DNA from: Collinsella sp.
GTDB taxonomy: Bacteria > Actinomycetota > Coriobacteriia > Coriobacteriales > Coriobacteriaceae
Assembly (NCBI GenBank): GCA_018373675.1
Contig: JAHAGQ010000010.1
Location: 1,349 to 65,348 of the forward strand
Direction of reading: 5' to 3'
DNA: 64,000 bases
Positions 17,161 to 27,305 of this stretch are shown here, piece by piece. The notes under the pieces were generated by a model, which made no database searches, was not told the DNA's origin, and saw only the letters and a list, made by a program, of their open reading frames with translations. How positions within the stretch are numbered: the stretch's first letter is position 1; each line of letters opens with the position of its first letter. Made by a program: the position numbers and the translations under genes.

Positions 17161-17335
17161 ATAGGAAAACCTCTCCGATTATCTTGAGCGGTGGGCGATT
17201 ATAGCAATGAGAAGTCTATAAAATGAGCAACAAAAGAATTCTTGGAAAACGATTGTTAACAAACGGCGCGCCAATTCTGCTTAGAAAGCAAGGTACGCAG
17301 GAACTCAATGTCGAAAACGCGGCTTCATCTTCGGG

Positions 17336-18088
17336 CTATCGATCCTGCTCGGATACGCACAAGGACACCCCCATGAGCACGTCAATTTCGAGCCAACTCG
17401 CAACCGCACAATGAACTAGCAAAAGCAGCATATAAGCAAACGCCCCATAATAAAGTCCCTCATGCACAAGCGCCGTCACTGAAAGTGCCGACGGCAGCGC
17501 CGCACTCGAAACTACCCATCCAACAAGAACCTGGATAGCGCAACTTGCAACCAGGTTCCATGCCACCAGCAGCGTTGCGGGACGCGCGATTTCTCTCCAG
17601 GAGGAACGAAGCACCGTGACCGAACGCATGATGTAGCGTGGTGCAAACCGAATGCCTCGTAGTCCCCTCTGCTCCACGTCCGCATCTTCAATTAACACGA
17701 ATACGAACGACGCGGAAAGAAGCGTCACGATTACTGCCACCACAAGCGAGCACAACACCCCGAGCTGACTGCTCGCAAGCGAGGCAAAGACTACAATTGC
17801 CGATAAAATCAAGTGAACCAAATAAATTAGCAGCGCCCCAGAAATCTGGAGGGGAACCGTCGAGGCCAAGAGATAAACCGGAGGGGTTCGAGCAGGTTGC
17901 ACCGTCTCTTTGGACCGGTCGACGGCAAATAATGAAAAAGCCACATTCGATAGAAGCAGGTTTAAAAAGGCCGCGACCACAGTGCAAATAAGCGTAATGG
18001 ACGGATTGATATAGGCGAGCTCAGTTGCAACGTTTGATACACCAATTTGAAGCGCGCTCATAACAAACAAGGGGATATATAACGCCAT
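17336..18088 (-). CDS. Hypothetical polytopic membrane protein in a lower-GC segment
   Basis: About 250 aa from ATG 18088 (RBS GGAGTGG); the track ORF extends to 18163. Multiple hydrophobic helices. Local GC is visibly lower than in the flanks. Confidence 0.5.
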   Translation of the reverse strand: MALYIPLFVMSALQIGVSNVATELAYINPSITLICTVVAAFLNLLLSNVAFSLFAVDRSKETVQPARTPPVYLLASTVPLQISGALLIYLVHLILSAIVVFASLASSQLGVLCSLVVAVIVTLLSASFVFVLIEDADVEQRGLRGIRFAPRYIMRSVTVLRSSWREIARPATLLVAWNLVASCAIQVLVGWVVSSAALPSALSVTALVHEGLYYGAFAYMLLLLVHCAVASWLEIDVLMGVSLCVSEQDR

Positions 18089-18253
18089 CGTGCAGCCACT
18101 CCGGCATTCCTTCGCCCGATCGCCCGATTCCAGAAAGACATTGAAGTTCTCTCGCAAGTTCACTCTATACCCGTTTTCTTACTAAGCAGGGCGAACGGGC
18201 GCCAATATAAACGCCGGTCCGCCCATCCATAATTTCTAGTTTTAACGTCCAGA

Positions 18254-19627
18254 CTAGTCTGTCCAGCCGTCGATGTAGTCGCGGTTAAGCTCAAAGTACT
18301 GCGCGGCGATATCTTTCGCCAAGGAGTACGAATTAACGAGCGGGTGCATCGCGAGGCTCTCGACAATGTCGCGCTTCGATCGGTTAACGATGCCACGCGC
18401 CACGGTGCGCTCGTAGTACTTGACGCGACGAATCAATTCGAGGTTTCCCGCGGGCACAGAATCGGCTTCGACGCGATGCGGCACGCAGCCATCGGTGGAG
18501 ATATCGCACGTTGACTCAATGACATCTGTATCGAGAAGGCCGGGGATGGCGCCATTGTTGGGGGTGCACAGGATCATCTGCTGCGTCTTGCCAGAGCGAG
18601 CAATATCCATGAAGCGGAGCGCGACACCTGCGTATCCGCCAGCATCTTTGCCGTACACGTCAAACGTCCACGGCTTGTCGCGATGAATACCCGTCTCGGC
18701 CGCCATGTAGTTGTTTTCGCGCATTCCGTACCACTTCTCAAAGCACGCGAGGCCTTTTTCGAAGTCGTTCTCAATATCGATAGATGCAAGCTCGCTCGTC
18801 ATTTCTCGATTAATTTCTTCGATTAGTTCACCGCGCGTCTGGGGCGAAGAGAGAACGTTGGCAACGGCGCGCTCGCGATAGTAGAAATAGTATAGGTACT
18901 CATTTGGCACGCATCCGCGATTTAGGACGAGGTCCTTCTCGAAGAACCTAAGATCTGTATGAGCATATGCCCCGTCGTCGTGGATCAAGTCGGACATGAT
19001 GTCCTCGCCGTCAACCGTCACATTGCGGAAGAACGAGAGGTGGTTGAGTCCATAGCACTCGCCCTGAACCGATGCGGGATCAACGCCTTTATACTCGGCA
19101 AACTGATGCAACATGCCCGAGGGAGCATCGCAAATGCCATAAGTAAAATCATAGCCCATATCGCGTAGGGCCTGAGATACGACGCCAGCGGGATTAGTAA
19201 AGTTAAACACCTTGACGTCCGGCTTTGCGTACTTCTTGATTAACTCGCAATACGAAGCAAGCGCAGGGACGGAGCGCATGGCAAAAGACACGCCGGCTGC
19301 GCCAGTCGTCTCTTGGCCAAGAACCCCATGCGAAAGAGCAATGCGCTCATCGCGAACGCGCATATGGTCCCCACCGACGCGAATCGTCGTGATCACGTAA
19401 TCGGCGTCCTTAACGGCCTCGACTGCATCGCCCGTCAGTGAAAAATTAAGCGTGGGGCAAAGCATGCCCGAGACATGGGCGGCAAGGCCACCGTAGATGC
19501 GCAGCTTCTCGGGATCATTGTCCATAAACACAAGTTCGTCGATTCCAAGCGATGACGCCTGCTGGGCTATGCTCTTTGCCAAAAACATGGAGCGGACGCC
19601 ACCGCCACCTATGACCGTAAGTTTCAT
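18254..19627 (-). CDS. GH4 6-phospho-alpha-glucosidase / maltose-6-prime-phosphate glucosidase family
   Basis: MKLTVIGGGGVRS is an NAD-binding N-terminus typical of family 4 glycosidases. Start at ATG 19627 with RBS GGGGGT; the track over-extends to 19828. Confidence 0.85.
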   Translation of the reverse strand: MKLTVIGGGGVRSMFLAKSIAQQASSLGIDELVFMDNDPEKLRIYGGLAAHVSGMLCPTLNFSLTGDAVEAVKDADYVITTIRVGGDHMRVRDERIALSHGVLGQETTGAAGVSFAMRSVPALASYCELIKKYAKPDVKVFNFTNPAGVVSQALRDMGYDFTYGICDAPSGMLHQFAEYKGVDPASVQGECYGLNHLSFFRNVTVDGEDIMSDLIHDDGAYAHTDLRFFEKDLVLNRGCVPNEYLYYFYYRERAVANVLSSPQTRGELIEEINREMTSELASIDIENDFEKGLACFEKWYGMRENNYMAAETGIHRDKPWTFDVYGKDAGGYAGVALRFMDIARSGKTQQMILCTPNNGAIPGLLDTDVIESTCDISTDGCVPHRVEADSVPAGNLELIRRVKYYERTVARGIVNRSKRDIVESLAMHPLVNSYSLAKDIAAQYFELNRDYIDGWTD

Positions 19628-19802
19628 ATCGAAACCCCCAATTAGCACATTCAATATTGCATGGTTCGCCTGTGTTTGGATATTGTATCCAGCATGGAGG
19701 GCCGCTTCCCGCCCCGGTTGCAAGGCGGGAAAGGAATTCCCCAAGGAGTTATTATTTACGCAACGGAAGCGGCCACACACGTCCGGCGGGAAGGAAGCAC
19801 CG

Positions 19803-20555
19803 ATGGTTGATAAAAAGCAGATTTCCAAGCTCTACTCAGCCGCAAAGCTATCCGAAACCGAGCAAAGCGTACTCGAATACCTACTCAACAATATCGACAC
19901 CCTCGATGATATTGGCATAAAACCCGTCGCCATGGCATGCTTTACCAGCATGACGACAGTCATCAGGCTTTCGAAAAAGCTCGGCTACCGTGGCTACCGC
20001 GAAATGATGTACGATCTCAAGCACCTTCAGCATGTCTCCCGCGAAATGAATCAATCACTCAAAAACAGTAGCGTCCACTTCGTATGTCACACCGGAGATG
20101 TAGACGTATTCATCGCCGCACTGCATCGCAACAGAATGATCGGAGTAAACGGAGAGGGCTTCTCACGCATCGTTGCGCAGTACATGGCGACTAAGCTCGT
20201 TGGACTTGGCTTTTTGGCCGTCATACAGGACTTCCTAGAGACCGATCAGTTTGTCGAATCCAACCGAAATACGCTCAGCTGCATGATGCTCATATCCAAA
20301 TCGGGCCAGACAGAAGCCATCCTGGAAACCGCAAGGGCATGCCACGACGCGGGCATTACGACCCTCGCGTTTACCGGCAACGAAGACAGCGAGCTCGCCA
20401 AGACGGCAGACGCGATCTTTACGATACATGACGATCACCCAATGGATCTTAAGAACGTTAAGCCTAACTGCTTTACCGGAAGTTGTATTCTCGCATTCGA
20501 AGAACTATTGAGTATCTGCCTTGACAATCTAAAACAAGAAGGCCTGGCCCCCTAA
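19803..20555 (+). CDS. RpiR/MurR family transcriptional regulator (HTH + SIS domain)
   Basis: MVDKKQISKLYSAAKLSETEQSVLEYLL is the HTH_6 N-terminus, and the C-terminal half is an SIS domain. RBS GGAAGGAAG before the ATG at 19803. Divergent from the GH4 gene. Confidence 0.8.
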   Translation: MVDKKQISKLYSAAKLSETEQSVLEYLLNNIDTLDDIGIKPVAMACFTSMTTVIRLSKKLGYRGYREMMYDLKHLQHVSREMNQSLKNSSVHFVCHTGDVDVFIAALHRNRMIGVNGEGFSRIVAQYMATKLVGLGFLAVIQDFLETDQFVESNRNTLSCMMLISKSGQTEAILETARACHDAGITTLAFTGNEDSELAKTADAIFTIHDDHPMDLKNVKPNCFTGSCILAFEELLSICLDNLKQEGLAP

Positions 20556-20617
20556 ATCATGCGATAGGAAGCCAAGCCCTGGAATTGCGCTATGCAATTG
20601 AAAGCCACTTGCGCGTT

Positions 20618-22282
20618 TTACTCGTCACCGAGAACTTCGTGCACCTCAGAAGCGACTTCGCCGACACGAGGACCGTAAATGACCTGGATTGCCTTGTCGC
20701 TCAGGCGGATAACGCCCATAGCTTCAAGATTCTTGGTGAACACCTCGTCGTCTGCAACCTTAGAACCATCCTTGACAATCACGCGAAGACGTGAGATGCA
20801 GTTGTCAAGATCATCAATGTTGTCGGCTCCACCAAGCGCTTCGACAATGCCAACAGCAAGCGCGCTGTCCTTGGCCGCACGGCCCTGGACTGCCTTCTCG
20901 GGAGTGCTATCAGACTCGCCCTTTGCCTCAGCGGCCTTTGCCTCGAACTCGGCTCTGCTGTTGATCAACTCAATATCGTCACCATCGTCTCGACCGGGCG
21001 TCTTGATATCGAACTTAGTAATAAAGAACCGGAAGAGGAAGAAAGCTGCCAGGAAAAAGGCGGGGAGCAGGATAAGGTATGGAAGCAGATTAAGCTTCTC
21101 GGGGCGGAATAAGAATGGGATCAGGTCCTTGATATTTCCCTGGTACACCGAAACGCCCATTGCCTCCGAGAGAACTTCACCCAGTCCGGAAAGCGGAGCG
21201 TAAACGCCAAAGTAGAGCCAGGGGGCGGCAAACAGGAACGTAAAGAGAATAGGCTCCGTAACGCCAAAGAAAACAGTCGAAATCACTGTGGGGATTAAAA
21301 GACCAGCAACCTTCTTGCGGTTCTGGGGCTTGGCACAAGACCACATAGCAAGGGCGATGCCCGGGAACAACGCGTAATCGTTAATGCCATAGCCAGCCAT
21401 GAAGGCCCTAACCAAGAGCTTGTCACTGCTGGGAGAAGCGAGCTGTGCAAGCTGAATGGCGCTATTGCCCACCACGCGCGTTCCATCGACGACCATGGAG
21501 CCGCCAAGCTCAGTCCAATACATGGGCGTCTCGAGCAACGGATGCAAGCCAAACGGCACAAGGCTCTCGAGCACCCAGCGATAGACAAACGTACCGACCA
21601 GACCGGAGCCTTTCACGAACGTCGCAATACCCGAGAAGCATCCACCGATGACGGGCCAGACGAAGTACATAATGCCGCCCAGGATGCCACCGGCGACCAG
21701 CGATACAATGGGGACCGTTCGACTGCCCGCAAAAAACGCCAGCGCCGTTGGAAGCTTGGTCTTGTAAAAGCGGCCGGTGATCCAGGCGACCAGGCAGCCC
21801 ACGATAATGCCGCCAAAGACACCAGAGCTGTAGCCAAAAAAGCCGAGCGAGGTAGTGTAGAGTGCGGACTGCTCACTCGCCTGAATGGACGTAAGGCCGA
21901 CCTTCTGAAGAGCTTCCACCGTTGTATTGTCGGCAGCCAAGCCAGCTGCTCCAAGCAGAATCTCAACCGTCTTGAGCATGGTGAGATAGCAGACAAGGGC
22001 AGAAAAGGCAGCCCAGCCCTTCTCTTTGCGAGACAAGGAGAAGGCGCAGCCGACAGCAAACAAAACACCGAGGTTTCCAATGATTACCTCGCCGAGACCC
22101 TTAAATACCGAGAAGAACGTAAAGAGCGGCGAAGCGGCATACCAGTCCCAATTAACGCCAAGGGACACAAGGGTCAGTTCGGTCGTAAAAACGCTACCGA
22201 TACCCAAAAAGAGACCGGAAATGGCAATGAGCGTAATCGGAACGAGCATTGCCTTTCCGAACGATTGGAATTTTTCTTTCAT
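20618..22282 (-). CDS. PTS glucose/alpha-glucoside family transporter, EIICB
   Basis: 554 aa from ATG 22282 (RBS GAGGAGGG). It has an EIIC membrane domain plus a C-terminal EIIB with the CISRLR motif (NCISRLRV). Forms a locus with the GH4 gene and the RpiR regulator. Confidence 0.85.
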   Translation of the reverse strand: MKEKFQSFGKAMLVPITLIAISGLFLGIGSVFTTELTLVSLGVNWDWYAASPLFTFFSVFKGLGEVIIGNLGVLFAVGCAFSLSRKEKGWAAFSALVCYLTMLKTVEILLGAAGLAADNTTVEALQKVGLTSIQASEQSALYTTSLGFFGYSSGVFGGIIVGCLVAWITGRFYKTKLPTALAFFAGSRTVPIVSLVAGGILGGIMYFVWPVIGGCFSGIATFVKGSGLVGTFVYRWVLESLVPFGLHPLLETPMYWTELGGSMVVDGTRVVGNSAIQLAQLASPSSDKLLVRAFMAGYGINDYALFPGIALAMWSCAKPQNRKKVAGLLIPTVISTVFFGVTEPILFTFLFAAPWLYFGVYAPLSGLGEVLSEAMGVSVYQGNIKDLIPFLFRPEKLNLLPYLILLPAFFLAAFFLFRFFITKFDIKTPGRDDGDDIELINSRAEFEAKAAEAKGESDSTPEKAVQGRAAKDSALAVGIVEALGGADNIDDLDNCISRLRVIVKDGSKVADDEVFTKNLEAMGVIRLSDKAIQVIYGPRVGEVASEVHEVLGDE

Positions 22283-22596
22283 CAATTCCCTCCTCAATGA
22301 GCCTCTACAAACGACTATTGCACCCCACGTCCCCACACAGGCGAAACGGAAGACATGCTCGGCAATAGACACAAAGTGATTGTAGAAAGGGGCACAAAAA
22401 ATGTGCATCGGCATCGCGTGATGCGGTTAAATCGACCGACGATTGCAAGTATTTACGAATCCGCAAACGGCAGCAAATAGGCAGCGAACGGCAACCTGCA
22501 GCGTAGGACAGTCCCCGCAGGCCGACAATTACCGGTATTTTGGCTCATATTTGTTTAATTGTTGCTCGCCCAAAAGCGCGGAGCATCAACGCGCCC

Positions 22597-24957
22597 CTAA
22601 GCCAGCCCCAGCAATATGCCCGCCGAATGCACGACAAACGCCACGATCCAGGCGACCGTCACTTGAAACGCGAACACGGCAACGGCGTAGCGCGCGCCCA
22701 GCTCGCTCTTGACGGCGCCGATGGCTGCCACACAGGGCGGGTACAGCAGCGTAAAGACCAGGAACACATAGGCAGTGAACGGCGAAAACATGGTCGACAG
22801 TGCCGCGGGCGAGGTCGCGCCCAAAAGCACCGTGAGGGTCGAGATGACACTCTCCTTGGCGATAAGTCCGGTGACGAGCGCCGTGGATGCACGCCAGTCG
22901 CCAAACCCAAGCGGCGTCAGCGCCGGCGCAATGATGCTGCCGAGACCCGCAAGCAGACTCTGCGACTGATCGGCGACCACATTAAAGCGGATGTCGAACG
23001 TCTGAAGGAACCAGATGACCACGGTAGCGGCAAAGATAATGGTAAAGGCCTTGGTAATAAAGTCTTTGGCCTTATCCCATGCCAGCATCACCGTCGTCTT
23101 GACGCTCGGCAGGCGGTAATTGGGCAGCTCCATGATAAACGGCACCGGGTCGCCCTTAAATGCCGTGCGGTTGAGTACCAAAGCCGCGATACAGCCAACC
23201 GCAATGCCGATCAGATAGAGCGAGACCATGGCGGGAACCGTCGCCTGTGGGAAAAACGCCCCGCACAGCAGACCATAGACCGGCAACTTGGCCGAGCAGC
23301 TCATGAACGGCGTGAGCATGACCGTCATCTTGCGGTCGTGCTCGGATGGGAGCGTACGGGTCGACATGATAGCCGGCACGGTGCAGCCAAACCCGACGAG
23401 CATGGGTACAAAGCTGCGGCCCGACAGGCCAAAACGACGCAGCACCTTATCCATGACAAAGGCGACGCGCGCCATGTAGCCCGAGTCTTCCAGAATGGAG
23501 AGGAACAAGAAGAGCACGACGATAATCGGCAGGAAGGTCAGCACACTGCCCACGCCCGTAAGCACGCCGTCGACAGCCAGCGAGCGCACCACGTCGTTGG
23601 TGCCGAACGCCTTGAGGCCCGCATCGGCCGAGGCGATGATAGCAGCGATACCGTCCTCCATGAGTCCCTGCAACGCCGCGCCGATCACGCCAAACGTCAG
23701 CCAAAAGACGAGGCCCATGATCACCAGGAACGCCGGAATGGCCGTGTAGCGACCCGTCAGGATGCGGTCGATCTTGACGGAGCGCACGTGCTCGCGGCTT
23801 TCGTGCGGTTTGACGACGCAGCGCCCGCACACGTCGCCGATAAAGCTAAAGCGCATATCGGCCAGCGCGGACAGGCGGTCGGTGCCGGCCTCGCCCTCCA
23901 TCTGGGTAATGATGTGCTCGATAGCGTCGAGCTCGTTGCGATCCAGGTGAAGCGCCTCGGTCACCAGCTCGTCGCCCTCAACCAGCTTGGTCGCCGCAAA
24001 GCGCACCGGGATGTGCGCCGTCACGGCATGGTCCTCGATCAGGTTGGCAATGCCGTGGATGCAGCGATGCAGTGCGCCGCCGTCCGATCCATCGGGCGCA
24101 CAGAAGTCCAGGCGACCGGGGCGCTCGCGGAACCGCGCCACGTGCAAGGCATGATCCACCAGCTCGCCGATACCCTCGTTGCGGGCAGCGCTAATGGGAA
24201 CAACAGGCACGCCCAACAGGCTCTCGAGCAGATTGACGTCCACGGCGCCGCCGTTGGCCGTCACCTCGTCCATCATGTTGAGCGCGATGACCATGGGGCG
24301 GTCGAGCTCCATAAGCTGCAGCGTCAGGTACAGGTTACGTTCGATGTTGGTGGCGTCGATGATGTCGATGATGGCGTCGGGGTTTTCGTCCAAGATGAAT
24401 TGGCGGCTGACGATCTCTTCGCCCGTGTACGGCGACAGGGAGTAAATGCCGGGCAGATCGGTAACGCTTGCCTCGGGATGGTTACGGATGGTGCCGTCCT
24501 TGCGGTCGACCGTCACGCCAGGAAAGTTACCGACGTGCTGGTTGGAGCCCGTAAGCTGGTTGAACAGCGTGGTCTTACCGCAGTTTTGGTTGCCGGCGAG
24601 GGCAAAATGCAGCGGTGCGCCCTCGGGCACGGCCGTTTTTGCCGCACGGGGCGAATACATCCCCTCGCCGAGTGCCGGATGCTCCGTCGTTCCGATTGCG
24701 GCGTTGGCGCGCGGACCGGTATCGGTGTCGTGCACATCCACGAGCTCAATGCGTGCGGCATCATCCTTGCGCAGCGTCAACTCGTAGCCACGCAGGCAAA
24801 TCTCGAGCGGGTCGCCCATGGGGGCGCACTTCATCATGGTGACTTCGGTGCCCGGCGTTAGGCCCATGTCCAAAATATGCTGTCGGAGTGCCTGGTCGTC
24901 CGATGCCACCGATGCGACAACGGCGTCCTTTCCAATCTCGAGCGTATCGAGCTTCAC
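22597..24957 (-). CDS. feoB: Ferrous iron transporter, FeoA-FeoB fusion
   Basis: N-terminal FeoA-like SH3 domain (VKLDTLEIGKDAVV...), then a G-domain (ALAGNQNCGKTTLFN) and a polytopic permease. Likely GTG start at 24957 preceded by GGGGGAGG; the track ORF continues to 25194 through low-GC promoter-like sequence. Confidence 0.85.
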   Translation of the reverse strand: MKLDTLEIGKDAVVASVASDDQALRQHILDMGLTPGTEVTMMKCAPMGDPLEICLRGYELTLRKDDAARIELVDVHDTDTGPRANAAIGTTEHPALGEGMYSPRAAKTAVPEGAPLHFALAGNQNCGKTTLFNQLTGSNQHVGNFPGVTVDRKDGTIRNHPEASVTDLPGIYSLSPYTGEEIVSRQFILDENPDAIIDIIDATNIERNLYLTLQLMELDRPMVIALNMMDEVTANGGAVDVNLLESLLGVPVVPISAARNEGIGELVDHALHVARFRERPGRLDFCAPDGSDGGALHRCIHGIANLIEDHAVTAHIPVRFAATKLVEGDELVTEALHLDRNELDAIEHIITQMEGEAGTDRLSALADMRFSFIGDVCGRCVVKPHESREHVRSVKIDRILTGRYTAIPAFLVIMGLVFWLTFGVIGAALQGLMEDGIAAIIASADAGLKAFGTNDVVRSLAVDGVLTGVGSVLTFLPIIVVLFLFLSILEDSGYMARVAFVMDKVLRRFGLSGRSFVPMLVGFGCTVPAIMSTRTLPSEHDRKMTVMLTPFMSCSAKLPVYGLLCGAFFPQATVPAMVSLYLIGIAVGCIAALVLNRTAFKGDPVPFIMELPNYRLPSVKTTVMLAWDKAKDFITKAFTIIFAATVVIWFLQTFDIRFNVVADQSQSLLAGLGSIIAPALTPLGFGDWRASTALVTGLIAKESVISTLTVLLGATSPAALSTMFSPFTAYVFLVFTLLYPPCVAAIGAVKSELGARYAVAVFAFQVTVAWIVAFVVHSAGILLGLA

Positions 24958-25115
24958 GTCCGTGTTCCTCCCCCGGCGCCCACAGGGCGTTGCATTTATG
25001 TTCACCTTGGCTAACCGTTTGCCACGGCTAACCAATTTAACCATGCATGATAGCGCGAACACACAACGATGTTCAATCAGCAAATTGGCGCAATGGGGAC
25101 AGGCAGGAGAGTTCA

Positions 25116-25317
25116 GGGCCATAGTTTCCCGATGAGGCCTCTCGGGAAAACTACATCCCAGAATTCCGGCTCGAAACGGGATATGGTTTCCCAAACAGGC
25201 CTCTTACGGAAAATGCATCCCGGAATCCCCGCTCGAAACGGGACGCGCTTTCCCAGTCGAGGCCCTATGGGAAACTGCGTCCCACCTTGAAAGGCAAAAC
25301 TGGGGCGCAGTTTCCGG
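25116..25317. repeat. Tandem array of four hairpin units upstream of feoAB
   Basis: Stems GGGCCATAGTTTCCCG/CGGGAAAACTACATCCC; CGGAAAATGCATCCC/GGGACGCGCTTTCCC; GGGAAACTGCGTCCC/GGGGCGCAGTTTCCGG. Same family as 9006-9178, with compensatory base changes between units. Confidence 0.55.
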
Positions 25318-25335
25318 ACGGGGCATCAAAAACGA

Positions 25336-25403
25336 AGTTGCGGTGGAATAGTTCCTGGATGGGCTGGTTGATGCCCCAGATAGGAACTATTTCACCGCAA
25401 GTT
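25336..25403. repeat. 66-bp palindromic element, copy B
   Basis: AGTTGCGGTGGAATAGTTCCTGG...AGGAACTATTTCACCGCAAGTT; a slightly degenerate copy of 15882-15947. Confidence 0.6.
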
Positions 25404-25429
25404 ATTGAAGGGCTTGGATGCCGGGACTC

Positions 25430-26329
25430 TTACAGATGGCGCTCGAGGAAGCGGAAGGCCAGGCGGATCCAGGGACGGACGGAAACCTGCTTGTCCTCGT
25501 TGTCGACCGCGGTGTTGGCGTTGCCGAGCGAAAGGCCGTGACCACCTTGGTCAAAGACGTGCATCTCGCAAGGGACGCCCTCCTCTGCCATGCGTTGGGC
25601 AAACGGGTAGACCTGCGCGATCGGCGCCGTCTTGTCGTCGGACACACCCCACACAAAGGTCGGTGGCATCTGACGCGAAACATGCGTGGTGGGGCAGATG
25701 TCGGCCAGATGCTCGTCAGTTGCCTCGCCGCCCGTCACCATCGACAGGTAGTCGTTGAGCAAATCGCGCCCCGTCTTGCCGCCCGTCTTGGGCACGCGCA
25801 AGTCAATGCGCGGATCGCGCGTCTGCATGTCGCGCACATAGGCAAAGTCGAGCAATGGATAGCCCAGCACCACGGCATCGGGACGAATGTCGTCCGGACG
25901 CGCGCCGGCCAAGCCCGCGAAGGGACCAGTCTTCCATTGCGTTGCCAGCGAAGCGCAGATCATGCCGCCCGCCGAGAATCCCACGACGCACACGCGCTTG
26001 GGATCGACATGCCACTCGTCGGCGTTGGTGCGCACGGTAGCGACCATCTTGGCGAGGTCCGCCTGCGGGTGCGGAAAGCTCACATCGCCCGTACCACTCG
26101 TCACATAGTTGAGCACAAAGGCCTGGTAGCCGTGATCCAAAAACGCAAACGCCACGGGATCCTGCTCATGCGGAGCGATATGCGTAAACGCACCTCCGCC
26201 GCAGATAATCACGGCAGGGCGGCGGCCATTCGGTTTATCGGGCAGCGGCTCGGCACCCAAATACGTAAAGGTCGCCGGATATTCCTCGGTCGGCTCCTCG
26301 CCCCACAGCGCATGGTTCTCGACAATCAT
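25430..26329 (-). CDS. Alpha/beta-hydrolase fold esterase/lipase
   Basis: GFSAGG nucleophile-elbow motif and the HGG oxyanion region (IICGGGAF). Start at ATG 26329 with RBS AAGGGAG; the track over-extends to 26536. Confidence 0.75.
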   Translation of the reverse strand: MIVENHALWGEEPTEEYPATFTYLGAEPLPDKPNGRRPAVIICGGGAFTHIAPHEQDPVAFAFLDHGYQAFVLNYVTSGTGDVSFPHPQADLAKMVATVRTNADEWHVDPKRVCVVGFSAGGMICASLATQWKTGPFAGLAGARPDDIRPDAVVLGYPLLDFAYVRDMQTRDPRIDLRVPKTGGKTGRDLLNDYLSMVTGGEATDEHLADICPTTHVSRQMPPTFVWGVSDDKTAPIAQVYPFAQRMAEEGVPCEMHVFDQGGHGLSLGNANTAVDNEDKQVSVRPWIRLAFRFLERHL

Positions 26330-26572
26330 ATGTGCTCCCTTCGCGCAAATTAAGCGCCCTTGTTTTTTGCCTTCAAGCGTACCCCACTTGAACCCGTGGC
26401 GCAGAAACACTCCGGCAATAAGTTTCCCTTCAACTGATATATCACATAATCCCAGCTCAGAGGTATCTTTGAGCAGCGTAGAATAGGGGCGTTGACCAAG
26501 CCGCGAAACACATATGAAACGTTTCCGGCAAACCAAACGCGCGATATGCGCCTATTTAAGTTGGAGGCAACT

Positions 26573-27136
26573 ATGGGTCTGCTCGATTCGCTTAAGTCCA
26601 CCTTCACCTCGACCGGCGAGGCGTCCGTTCCGCCCGCAGCAAGCTTCGCTACCCGCGAAGGCGTCATCTATGCCCCCGTCAACGGCGTGCTCGTCAACCT
26701 GAACGAGGTTCCCGACGAGACGATCGCCTCGGGCATGCTTGGCCAGGGCTATGGCATCGAGCCCATTACCGGCACCATCTATGCGCCCGCCAACGGCCGC
26801 ATCGGTGCCACCACTGTCACCAACCACTCCATCGGCATGATTACCGAGGACGGCCTGCGCGTGTTCATCCATGTTGGCCTGGGCACCGTGGAAATGAACG
26901 GCAAGGGTTTTGCCCGCTTTGTCGAGATGGGCGATGTGGTCAAGGCAGGCCAGCCGCTCATCAGCTTCGACCGCGAGGCCATTAAGGCCGCTGGTCACGA
27001 GGACATCGTGACCGTCATCGTCTCCGAGCTCGATCGTCTTAAGAGCATCGACCATGTCGGCGAGTCTGGAACGCTTATCGGCGGCAACCCGCTCGTCAAG
27101 CTTGGCGACCCGCTGCTGGTTGCCAAGACCAAGTAG
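26573..27136 (+). CDS. PTS glucose-specific EIIA component (Crr-like)
   Basis: 187 aa; the motifs GxGxAIxP...HxGxxTV ([24 protein letters not shown]) match EIIA-Glc. RBS GGAGG before the ATG at 26573. Confidence 0.8.
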   Translation: MGLLDSLKSTFTSTGEASVPPAASFATREGVIYAPVNGVLVNLNEVPDETIASGMLGQGYGIEPITGTIYAPANGRIGATTVTNHSIGMITEDGLRVFIHVGLGTVEMNGKGFARFVEMGDVVKAGQPLISFDREAIKAAGHEDIVTVIVSELDRLKSIDHVGESGTLIGGNPLVKLGDPLLVAKTK

Positions 27137-27171
27137 CCAGGCCCCGCGCCACACAGCCAAAAGGCACCTCG

Positions 27172-27215
27172 TCAAGCGCCCACGACCATTAGGCCGCGGG
27201 CGCTTTTCGTTTGAA
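27172..27215 (+). terminator. Terminator after the EIIA gene
   Basis: AGCGCCC...GGGCGCT hairpin followed by TTTCGTTTG. Confidence 0.4.
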
Positions 27216-27305
27216 AAACCATCCCGCCAATGCCTTATCTGTATAGCCCAAATGAGCCGAGCTGCTAAAATATCGAACTGTATGGATAACTATCATTCAA
27301 CCGTT

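Noticed and set aside
25044-25194. N-terminal extensions of track ORFs: feoB to 25194, esterase to 26536, PTS to 22414, GH4 to 19828, RpiR from 19497, asnS from 27054, mntP from 49316, pepD to 53618, clpC to 56403, ThrE-like start at 63856
   Set aside because: The extensions run through low-GC promoter-like DNA, lack an RBS and precede the conserved domain starts. Internal starts with good Shine-Dalgarno spacing were chosen. For the ThrE-like gene the frame actually continues past the track start to the window edge.
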